Shown here: piece by piece, positions 39,201 through 46,379 of the stretch
How the letters are laid out: every line of letters begins with the position of its first letter
How positions within the stretch are numbered: the stretch's first letter is position 1
Assembly (NCBI GenBank): GCA_964436165.1
Contig: CAYTBY010000001.1
Location: forward strand, 6,777 to 70,776
Source: an uncultured Candidatus Saccharibacteria bacterium
GTDB taxonomy: Bacteria > Patescibacteriota > Minisyncoccia > 2-02-FULL-40-12 > GWA2-44-9
Direction: 5' to 3'
DNA length: 64,000 nt
The notes under the pieces: generated by a model
Seen by the model: only the letters and a program-made list of their open reading frames with translations
What the model was told of the DNA's origin: nothing
Database searches by the model: none
Translations under genes and position numbers: made by a program

Positions 39201-39517
39201 GCAGACAAAATCGGACATAGACATTCACCTGTTACTGATTGCGCCCCCAAATTATATATTTCATCGGGTTTAACTTGATAAATAATTTTTCTGATAGTTC
39301 CTGAATCTGCCAAATCACCGTGATGCAAAAACAACCTCTTGTTTCTTTCGTGAGGATCCTGGTATAAGTGGTTGAGTCGGGAAGTATTAAAAGTCGAGGC
39401 TCTTCTGACTACTCCATGAACAAAATAGCCCTTCTTCAAGAGAAGCTCGGTAAGGTAGGAACCGTCTTGTCCTGTACAGCCAAAAACCAAAGCTATTTTA
39501 TTTTTGTTTTTTACCAT
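36299..39517 (-). CDS. gmd: GDP-mannose 4,6-dehydratase homolog interrupted by two inteins
   Basis: Exteins: [12 protein letters not shown]...YNLGAQ / [12 protein letters not shown]...NGILFNHE / [18 protein letters not shown]. They sum to about 345 aa, colinear with E. coli Gmd. The start at 39517 ([13 protein letters not shown]) is preferred. The ORF is open to 39568. Confidence 0.8.
   Translation of the reverse strand: [1072 protein letters not shown]
36725..37759 (-). mobile_element. Intein 2 (about 345 aa) in Gmd, between FNHE and SPRRGETF. Starts with Cys, ends ...WIHN, with +1 Ser. Contains LAGLIDADG homing-endonuclease motifs ([24 protein letters not shown]).
   Basis: The [21 protein letters not shown] block of Gmd is split exactly at HE|SP. 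Canonical C1 and HN intein termini. Confidence 0.75.
38093..39238 (-). mobile_element. Intein 1 (about 382 aa) in Gmd, between NLGAQ and SHVKVSF. Ends ...VVHN with +1 Ser. Contains LAGLIDADG-like motifs ([17 protein letters not shown]).
   Basis: The insertion splits the contiguous LGAMSHVAVSFE-type extein motif. C-terminal HN. The first intein residue is ambiguous (Ser111 or Cys116). Confidence 0.65.
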
Positions 39518-39575
39518 AAGATTTAGGATAAATATTATCTGTTCAACTGACAATATTGACGCCCACACTCATCTG

Positions 39576-39643
39576 TTATCTAATTTTTAAATTACATTAC
39601 TTAAAAATTAAAACAAGGCCAGTAAACAGAATGAGTGTGGGGG
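39576..39643. promoter_or_regulatory. CCCACACTCAT ... ATGAGTGTGGGGG inverted repeat flanking a 66-bp AT-rich spacer, in the divergent promoter region between gmd and the paralog island
   Basis: Same arms as the palindrome at 10021..10048. Confidence 0.35.
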
Positions 39644-39672
39644 TTGACATGGCAACTACAATCGTTTATACT
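39644..39672 (+). promoter_or_regulatory. Sigma70-like promoter for the plus-strand island: TTGACA, a 17-nt spacer, then TATACT
   Basis: -35 at 39644-39649 and -10 at 39667-39672. GGAAGGGG RBS before the ATG at 39711. Confidence 0.45.
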
Positions 39673-39710
39673 ATGTAAGTTTCAAGTTATTTTAAAAATA
39701 GGAAGGGGAT

Positions 39711-40190
39711 ATGGGCCAAGTAATAGCTGTGGGTGGTTTACAAACTGGCGGTGGGAATCTTATAAAACAGACACCCAAAGAAGAATTGTTGATTGAATTG
39801 CGTAGAATTAAGATGAATAATCTTTCCTCTGCCCAAGTCCAAAAGTTGTCTGATAATAAAAAAGTTTTTTGCAGATCTTTCAAGGAGCTTTGCTATTCCA
39901 GATTCGGGTTATCTCCTGATCAGTTAATACAGTTTAAGGATGAGCATTTAAAAGAACTGGATAATCTGCTGTTCGGAAGAGCCAAATGGGCGCGCTTACC
40001 CCCGTATTTAATTTTTTTAATCCCAGTATTTGGACAAGTTGCTTTTTTCGTTGCACGCAATGGAGTATTAGGGATTGGCAATCATGGACCATATTATGTT
40101 GCCCGTAAATTTCTTAAAAAAACTCTTGGTAAAGATTATTTTCCGATTGATGAGCTAAGGAAATATTTAGAGATGGAGGCCAAGCCATGA
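39711..40190 (+). CDS. Hypothetical single-pass membrane protein, family P member 1 (N-terminal LIKQT motif; C-terminal KKTLGKDYFPIDELRKYLE tail)
   Basis: Shares a central ELCYSRFGLSPDQL...LKELDNLLFGRAK block and a C-terminal tail motif with 40852..41433, 42533..43048, 44635..45165 and 45954..46367. Confidence 0.4.
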   Translation: MGQVIAVGGLQTGGGNLIKQTPKEELLIELRRIKMNNLSSAQVQKLSDNKKVFCRSFKELCYSRFGLSPDQLIQFKDEHLKELDNLLFGRAKWARLPPYLIFLIPVFGQVAFFVARNGVLGIGNHGPYYVARKFLKKTLGKDYFPIDELRKYLEMEAKP

Positions 40191-40741
40191 CGGTAAGATA
40201 TAACTCACCGATCATTTTAACCTTTGCTCTTATATCAACAGCAGTTCTCGCCATTTTCATGGCTACCGGTACTACATTCTACCATCTGTTTACTGCGCCG
40301 ACAGATTTCAGGATTTTTTCTCCGTTTACCTACTTTTGCCTGGTGTCGCATATTTTCGGCCATAAAGACTGGAATCACCTCTTGAGTAATTTCATGATAA
40401 TACTGCTCATCGGCCCGCTGGTAGAAGAAAAATATTCTTCGATCGTGCTTTTACTGATGATTCTGATCACGGCCATGGTAACCGGAATTCTAAATATTAT
40501 CCTTTTTTCTACCAGTTTAATGGGAGCGAGCGGTATTGCTTTCATGTTAATTATCCTGGGTTCTTTGACTAATATTAGAAGGAAAGAAGTGCCTCTGACG
40601 TTTTTGCTGGTCATCGCTATTTTTATAGGCGGTGAAGTGCTTAACAGTTTACAGGCAGATAATATTTCTCAATTTGCCCATGTCTTAGGCGGAGTGTGCG
40701 GAGCCGGTTTCGGGCTTACCTTTGCTAAAAAATCTTATTAA
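40187..40741 (+). CDS. Rhomboid-family intramembrane serine protease (6-TM short form)
   Basis: GASGIAF matches the GxSG catalytic Ser motif. AHVLGGVCGAGFG has the catalytic His followed by GxxxG. ATGA overlap with the upstream family-P gene. Confidence 0.65.
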   Translation: MTVRYNSPIILTFALISTAVLAIFMATGTTFYHLFTAPTDFRIFSPFTYFCLVSHIFGHKDWNHLLSNFMIILLIGPLVEEKYSSIVLLLMILITAMVTGILNIILFSTSLMGASGIAFMLIILGSLTNIRRKEVPLTFLLVIAIFIGGEVLNSLQADNISQFAHVLGGVCGAGFGLTFAKKSY

Positions 40742-40757
40742 GTCGTATTTCATTTCC

Positions 40758-40785
40758 GGGCTAAGGCCCGGAGTTTTTGTAAATG
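40758..40785 (+). terminator. Rho-independent terminator after the rhomboid gene
   Basis: CCGGGC-taag-GCCCGG followed by agttttt. Confidence 0.5.
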
Positions 40786-40851
40786 TTGACGACAAATACA
40801 TTTAGTGTATAATATGGCCATCATAAGTTGTTTGAAAAGGGAGAACAAAAG

Positions 40852-41433
40852 ATGTCTAGCAAACTGACTTTGCAGAAAGAGCAAACTGGCCGTTTGATTT
40901 TAGACGGACCTCAGGAAGTAATAAGTTCAAGTCTTGCCAGGTTCAGAGATCTGAATAAAGAAGAAGCCACTAAAGCCGCTCAAGAGGCAACTATTGCACA
41001 TAAAGAAAGTGTAATCAAGAACGCCCAACGAGAAAAAGAATTATATGCCATGAACTTCATGGCTTGCTTTCAGCGTTTTTCACGGATAAATAGCGATCAG
41101 TTTAGAGATATTGTTACCAAGCTGAAAGATAGTGAAATGAGCGCCCTAGAAGATGTAGTAGCTAAAACAATGTATAGGCGAGCCTTTCTGTCATTGAGTT
41201 TCATTTCTCTGGTGTTGATTTCCGGCCTTTCCTGTTTTCTTTACTATTCTTCTAACGATAATTCAGGTTTAGCGACGATGTCATTATTCTTGTCTCTAAT
41301 AACCTTAGGCTTCTTTTTTACAGATACCACTTCTTCAAGAGCCCTCCTTTTTAAAAGGAGAAAATTAAAGAAAATATATGGCCAAAACTACTTTCCATAT
41401 CAGGAATTAAAAAATAAGCTAGAACTAAAATAA
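40852..41433 (+). CDS. Hypothetical 2-TM membrane protein, family P member 2
   Basis: C-terminal KKIYGQNYFPYQELKNKLE tail and central FQRFSRINSDQF...LEDVVAKTMYRRA block. ATG at 40852 with AAAGGGAG RBS; the table start at 40828 is TTG. Confidence 0.4.
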   Translation: MSSKLTLQKEQTGRLILDGPQEVISSSLARFRDLNKEEATKAAQEATIAHKESVIKNAQREKELYAMNFMACFQRFSRINSDQFRDIVTKLKDSEMSALEDVVAKTMYRRAFLSLSFISLVLISGLSCFLYYSSNDNSGLATMSLFLSLITLGFFFTDTTSSRALLFKRRKLKKIYGQNYFPYQELKNKLELK

Positions 41434-41451
41434 TAAAAACGATAAAATCAA

Positions 41452-41478
41452 AAAGCCCCGCCTTGACGGGGCTGTTTT
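41452..41478. terminator. Bidirectional terminator
   Basis: AGCCCCGCC-ttga-CGGGGCT followed by gtttt. Confidence 0.5.
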
Positions 41479-41479
41479 A

Positions 41480-42514
41480 TTAGTTAGCTTGAGCGGAAAC
41501 GGAAACATCAATTATTTCTGCTTCGGCTGGATTTAACATTTTTGTTTGAACCGAAGCTGATTCCAGGGCTAAAGTCCTCTTTCTGTCCTCGCTTGCCAAG
41601 AGCTTCAGTTTCTCGTCAATTCTCCGACTCCCTGTTTCTAAGAGCTTCTGCATATCGGCCGAGACGATAGAGTGGTCGCGGCATTTTCTGACCGCATCCA
41701 GGGCGTTATCAATGGCCCTGATAGAAATATCGCATGTTGTCACCAGAGCATCTCTTCCCGAATACATTATATCGCCTGCCTCAACTAGGGTCTTGGCCGT
41801 ATCTCTAATCGCGGCAAATGGCTTATAAACATTGACAAAGTTATAGTATTCGCCAGCCGCGGCTTCACAAACTTCAAGACTGGCGTAACAGGCCTTAACC
41901 CCGAATATTACCAGGGCTCTACCCTGAGAGAGGTTGTCCTCAAGCTGTTGAAGAAGTCTTTTTCTGCGGTTTTCTTTTTCTTCCTCGCCAAGAACATTGA
42001 ACTTATCATCAAGAAGTTCTGCTATTTCTTCGTCTACTTCAATATCGGCCTGTCTGAATATATATTCATGGAGCTCTCGGGCATTCAAATTTTTTTCTCG
42101 GGCTTCTTCAATATCTGCTTTTTGGGCTTCAATCTCTAGCCCTTTTTCTCTGATGGCATGAGTCAGGTTCTTGGTTGCCATCTGAACGTTGGTTACTCTG
42201 GTTCGATATTCTCCTTCGGCGGCCTCAAGGGCATCTAGTTCTTCGGCTATCATCTTGGTTAGGGGAGCAGGCAGTTTGTGATAAAAACTCTGAGGAATTA
42301 TCAGGTGCAGTCCTCTGGCCAGCCAGCTCTTGGTCCGGTTGGCCGGCAGTTTAAGGATCTGCCTGATGTAATCGTTCAATTCTACAAATTCATCCCGGCT
42401 TCTTTTGACCTCTCTTATTGATTCCTGCAAGGCCCGGTCAGATGCTGACTTAAGGGTTCTTTCCCTGGCTAGTGACGAATTTCTTTTTCCCGAACTGACG
42501 AGTTCTAGCGGCAT
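41480..42514 (-). CDS. Hypothetical coiled-coil-rich protein (344 aa)
   Basis: Extensive heptad-like charged and Leu patterning. No enzymatic motif. Confidence 0.3.
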   Translation of the reverse strand: MPLELVSSGKRNSSLARERTLKSASDRALQESIREVKRSRDEFVELNDYIRQILKLPANRTKSWLARGLHLIIPQSFYHKLPAPLTKMIAEELDALEAAEGEYRTRVTNVQMATKNLTHAIREKGLEIEAQKADIEEAREKNLNARELHEYIFRQADIEVDEEIAELLDDKFNVLGEEEKENRRKRLLQQLEDNLSQGRALVIFGVKACYASLEVCEAAAGEYYNFVNVYKPFAAIRDTAKTLVEAGDIMYSGRDALVTTCDISIRAIDNALDAVRKCRDHSIVSADMQKLLETGSRRIDEKLKLLASEDRKRTLALESASVQTKMLNPAEAEIIDVSVSAQAN

Positions 42515-42532
42515 GTCTGTTCCTCCTTTTTA

Positions 42533-43048
42533 TTACCTTTCTTGAATCTTCAAGTCGGGACAAAAGTTTTTACCGGATAGTGTTCGTATTTTTTTATACC
42601 AATAACAGTATCTGTTATTTTTATATTGGGCATCTTTGCCATAATTTATTTTGTCCATCATGCGTGCGCTACCTTCGCCAGTGATAGTAACTGCTAAAAT
42701 CAACCATCCAAAGAGGGGAATACACAGCAAGATGCCTGTTTGAATAAAACTGGGTATTTTTGACCGTTCATAGATAATCGCCGCTAGTTCATTCAGGTCG
42801 TCTTGTTCTAACTTCTGTAGTTGTTCCAGCGAAACACCCAACTTACTCCAGCAAAGCTGTATAAATAAACGGCTTAGGCCATCCCTTAGCACGTTGTAAT
42901 ATACTATTTCTTTTGCCGTCATATTCTCCGTTTTAAAGGAGTGTAATCTTGTTAATAATGCCTCGCGTTTGGTTTGCAGAATTAGGGCTCGGCTCGTTTC
43001 CTGACTTTTTGTAACGCCAGTCTGTCCTATAGTTAGGGCCTGTTCCAT
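42533..43048 (-). CDS. Hypothetical single-pass membrane protein, family P member 3 (opposite strand)
   Basis: LCWSKLGVSLEQLQKLEQDDLNELAAIIYERSK block and KKIRTLSGKNFCPDLK tail. Confidence 0.35.
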   Translation of the reverse strand: MEQALTIGQTGVTKSQETSRALILQTKREALLTRLHSFKTENMTAKEIVYYNVLRDGLSRLFIQLCWSKLGVSLEQLQKLEQDDLNELAAIIYERSKIPSFIQTGILLCIPLFGWLILAVTITGEGSARMMDKINYGKDAQYKNNRYCYWYKKIRTLSGKNFCPDLKIQER

Positions 43049-43049
43049 T

Positions 43050-43388
43050 TTATTTCTCTTCCTTTACTTCAGTTTTCTGGAGGGACCTAAGGACGGCTTC
43101 AGTTGTCCTGCTTACCGATTTGCCCGTGTATTCCATAGCCTCGTCGTGGCTAAAGTTTGCCTTTATCAGGGCATTATATTGCTCTCTGATTCTTCCGGCT
43201 AAACGTAGATCGGGATCAATAGCTTCATGAAAGTTCTGAACGATAGTTGTCTTTAGCCGGCCAAGCTTGGCTTTTAGCACTCTCTTGGTTATTTCGACGG
43301 CCAGATCCAGATCTTCTTTTGTAAAGGGACTTTCAGTTGTTGATGCCATGGTTCCTCCTTTTCTCTTTTGGAAACGGACACCACTCAA
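43050..43388 (-). CDS. Hypothetical protein (112 aa)
   Basis: ORF only. Confidence 0.25.
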   Translation of the reverse strand: MSGVRFQKRKGGTMASTTESPFTKEDLDLAVEITKRVLKAKLGRLKTTIVQNFHEAIDPDLRLAGRIREQYNALIKANFSHDEAMEYTGKSVSRTTEAVLRSLQKTEVKEEK

Positions 43389-43507
43389 ACCGTGGCCACA
43401 TGTTATTATATTACTTAAGATATGTCAAGAGGTCAATATTGACTTATTACCCTACATTTGTTATATATTCAGCCATAAGTTCTTCGACAACTTAGTAGGA
43501 GTTGAAG

Positions 43508-44062
43508 ATGGAGACAGCCATGCAACTTATTAAAAGCACTTGTTTTGAGCAACTATTGCAAAATATTCGGCAGGAAGAATTAAGGAGAATGGAATCAGAA
43601 CGATTAAAACAGGAGAAAGATAAAAACCATGAGCTTATTAACAGATCATTTCGTGTAATTTATTTATCGGTCATGTCATCATATTTCTATTTAAGACGTG
43701 TGCACAATATGCCAGAAAGACCTCTTACGCTTCAGGAGTTTGAAGCTGTTACTGAACATCTAAAAAAAATAGGCGGACAAACCGTTAAAAAATTTAGACA
43801 TAGATTAGTTCACGCCTTCCGGATTGATACGGCTTGGCATTATTATCTAAAGCATGGCCATTTTCCAGAGAAGAAAACTCCTTTCGGAAGGTGGTACGAT
43901 AATCACCCACTCATTGGTTTTAACCATTTTGATCCTTTTGCGGATCGTAAAAGTTATCGGGACGATTATAATTATAGTATTCCACCTAATATAGATGCAT
44001 TGATTAGAGAAATAAAGGATAAACAACTTGGCCAATGCGAGTCAGAAAGGAAGGGGGAGTGA
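43508..44062 (+). CDS. Hypothetical soluble protein, family Q member 1 (N-terminal METAMQLIKST)
   Basis: Colinear with 46380..46964 (SIMSIYFYLRKVHNM, GWHYYLEYG, FGWWY, IPPN). AGGAG RBS 6 nt upstream of the ATG at 43508. Confidence 0.4.
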   Translation: METAMQLIKSTCFEQLLQNIRQEELRRMESERLKQEKDKNHELINRSFRVIYLSVMSSYFYLRRVHNMPERPLTLQEFEAVTEHLKKIGGQTVKKFRHRLVHAFRIDTAWHYYLKHGHFPEKKTPFGRWYDNHPLIGFNHFDPFADRKSYRDDYNYSIPPNIDALIREIKDKQLGQCESERKGE

Positions 44063-44577
44063 TGGAAACGATAGCGTTAATTAAGTCGACGGCATTTGAG
44101 GGCTTGGTCTCTAAATACCGAGAGGAACAAGAGAAGTATTCGAATTCAGACCTGAATATAGGTCGGGTTAATATAATTACTCGGCAAGTAAAGACCGCTT
44201 ATAATTTTCTGTGTAAATTTGGCAAGCCCCACTCCAGTATGACTTTTGATGAATTTGAAGTGACTGATGGTGAAATAAAAAGAATTCAGCAAGACGAGCT
44301 TCGTATAAATGAAGAGAACCTAAAGGAAACACCGTTTTTTAGGTTCATTAAAAGGCACTCAATATCACAAACGATTTCTAAGAGTCGTTATATTCTTAAA
44401 TGTGGCTATTATCCAGCTTTTTACAAGAATACCTTTTTGGGCCAGTGGACTAATTATAGAGAAGAAGTTCCCCTTAACTTACCAGAGCTAGTGAAAGAGA
44501 TTTGTTTGGCTCGTTGGTGTGTCAGTATCAAACCAGAAGAGATTAACCGTTATAATGAAAACGATAGTCAGAGTTAA
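44062..44577 (+). CDS. Hypothetical soluble protein, family Q member 2 (N-terminal METIALIKSTAFEGL)
   Basis: TGATG stop/start overlap with member 1. AAGGGGGAG RBS. The table start at 44035 would overlap the upstream gene by 28 nt. Confidence 0.35.
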   Translation: METIALIKSTAFEGLVSKYREEQEKYSNSDLNIGRVNIITRQVKTAYNFLCKFGKPHSSMTFDEFEVTDGEIKRIQQDELRINEENLKETPFFRFIKRHSISQTISKSRYILKCGYYPAFYKNTFLGQWTNYREEVPLNLPELVKEICLARWCVSIKPEEINRYNENDSQS

Positions 44578-44634
44578 TGAATTGAACCCAAACACATCAC
44601 ATCTATCTACAGAACCAGAAAGGAGCGCAGAGTG

Positions 44635-45165
44635 ATGGAAACAGCAGTTCAGACAAGGGAAGAGTCAAAACTGATTCTGCCTTCAGGAACGGAAAAATTG
44701 ATGGCCAGAGTCAGGGTCTTAGAGGCCCAGGCATTAAGCGCGAGAAGTGCCGAAATATCAGGAGAATATAAGGGCCAATATAAATTTGCCCTCAGTAGGC
44801 TTGCTCGAAGGTGGCTATCTTTAAAGGAAATTGGTCAATTATCAGAAGAAGAGTACTCAGCGCTGGATTTTATTGTTTATAAAAAATCAGTTCGTCAGTT
44901 AACAATCTGGGGCTTGGCAAATACAGTTATTCTTATTGCGGGGACTTGCCCAGTATTATTGATTCCTGGTTTTGGAACATCCGTGCTGATTTTTATTGTC
45001 TTAGTACTCCTTGCGATGGCTAATGGGCTTTACTTTGATCCTGATCCTAAGAATCCTATGTCGTTCGGAAATTCTATATTTAAATTCTTGAGAGCAAGAA
45101 GGTTTTTGAAAGAACAAGGTTGTCTTGGCCTGGAAATTAAAAATGATGCCAACAGCAGAAGTTAA
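44635..45165 (+). CDS. Hypothetical 2-TM membrane protein, family P member 4
   Basis: LSLKEIGQLSEEEYSALDFIVYKKS block. N-terminal METAVQ. Confidence 0.35.
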   Translation: METAVQTREESKLILPSGTEKLMARVRVLEAQALSARSAEISGEYKGQYKFALSRLARRWLSLKEIGQLSEEEYSALDFIVYKKSVRQLTIWGLANTVILIAGTCPVLLIPGFGTSVLIFIVLVLLAMANGLYFDPDPKNPMSFGNSIFKFLRARRFLKEQGCLGLEIKNDANSRS

Positions 45166-45841
45166 TCAATCTGCCCCTCTTTTTCTTAACCCGGCTGAGT
45201 CTATCATCAGGTCAGACAATATATTATTTAAGTTACGAGCAAAACTGGAAAGTAAAAAATCACCAAAACTTCTGGCCTCTGTAGTTTATTGTCTAGCCCT
45301 TAAAGCTCAAAAGAAAATATTGGCCTATCTCAACGATGATGATTTTTTCTGCCAAGTATTGTGGGATTCAAGGATCGGTTTACCGAGTTCTCCCTCGCTG
45401 GCGGCAGATGTGGCCAAATGCGCAGAGGTATTTGATTTGTCTCCAGAACTGAAATCATTGCTAAATTCTTTGTCCGGCTGGGTTCTTTTTAAAAAAGAAC
45501 AAATGCCATGTTGCTGTGGAGGCAAAGAAAGAATGGTGGATATAGATATTATGATGAATACTATCCTGAAAGTCGAAAACAGCAGTTTGACCGTAAAGTT
45601 TCTTGTCGGAGTAAAAAGCGATGATCAAGACCATCTCGAAAAGCATTATAAGACAAAGAGGCAGAGCAAGGTTGATAGCGGTTTAATTATTATTTTTACT
45701 TGTGAGAATCAAATTACGGCATCAAGCGACGGCCTAATGCCGGTAATAGAATCGATGGATTTCAGTCATGATGAACAGTTACATGTCCCAGAGCTTGAGA
45801 AAAATATTTGGAGCGCAGTCGCTTCAATGGCGGAGTCATAA
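45125..45841 (+). CDS. Hypothetical protein (238 aa), Cys-rich (CCCGG)
   Basis: ORF only. The true start is probably an internal Met, because it overlaps the upstream gene by 41 nt. Confidence 0.25.
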   Translation: MAWKLKMMPTAEVNQSAPLFLNPAESIIRSDNILFKLRAKLESKKSPKLLASVVYCLALKAQKKILAYLNDDDFFCQVLWDSRIGLPSSPSLAADVAKCAEVFDLSPELKSLLNSLSGWVLFKKEQMPCCCGGKERMVDIDIMMNTILKVENSSLTVKFLVGVKSDDQDHLEKHYKTKRQSKVDSGLIIIFTCENQITASSDGLMPVIESMDFSHDEQLHVPELEKNIWSAVASMAES

Positions 45842-45858
45842 GACCCCGCTTTTTGTTT
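45829..45858 (+). terminator. Probable terminator
   Basis: GCGGAGTC-ataa-GACCCCGC with one mismatch, followed by TTTTTG. Confidence 0.35.
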
Positions 45859-45953
45859 GTAAATTTTAATAAAACCCGTACTTGACATTGAGTCAATATT
45901 TTGTTATCAATTTTTCAGTGAATGTGTTGGTCCCTTAACAAAAAGGACTCCAG

Positions 45954-46367
45954 ATGGAAACAGGAACCCTTATTAAGCAGACTATCGAGGAACAGGTGTT
46001 TATCAAGATAAACGTGATGAGACAGAACGAGCTGACCGCAAAACAAGCGAATGAGATTGAAAAGCTGGAAGGACGTATTAAGTGTGATTTCTTTCTTCTA
46101 GTATGGAAATATTTTGGTATTAGTGAATGTCAGGCAAAGCAATTCTCGGACCAGGAGCTCAAGGCCTTATTTTTTATTGTTCATAAAAAAGCTGAAAAAA
46201 CAGCTGTGTATATAAAAACACTATCTGCTATTACGGTGGTCGGTTGGTTTATGGTCAATTCTTATGGTGCTGGTTCAGATACGGTAGATTTTACAAATTC
46301 CGTCCGAAAACTTAAGAAAAAGTTGGGTAATAGTTTTGATCCGGTTAAAATATTACGTTCTATATAA
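45954..46367 (+). CDS. Hypothetical single-pass membrane protein, family P member 5 (N-terminal METGTLIKQT)
   Basis: LLVWKYFGISECQAKQFSDQELKALFFIVHKKAEK block and LKKKLGNSFDPVKIL tail. Confidence 0.4.
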   Translation: METGTLIKQTIEEQVFIKINVMRQNELTAKQANEIEKLEGRIKCDFFLLVWKYFGISECQAKQFSDQELKALFFIVHKKAEKTAVYIKTLSAITVVGWFMVNSYGAGSDTVDFTNSVRKLKKKLGNSFDPVKILRSI

Positions 46368-46379
46368 GGAGGAACAAAA

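Noticed and set aside
39518-39568. A 17-aa N-terminal extension of the Gmd ORF (MWASILSVEQIIFILNL)
   Set aside because: Gmd homologs begin directly at the Rossmann motif. The internal Met at 39517 gives [21 protein letters not shown]. The extension is not conserved in character. Kept only as a note.
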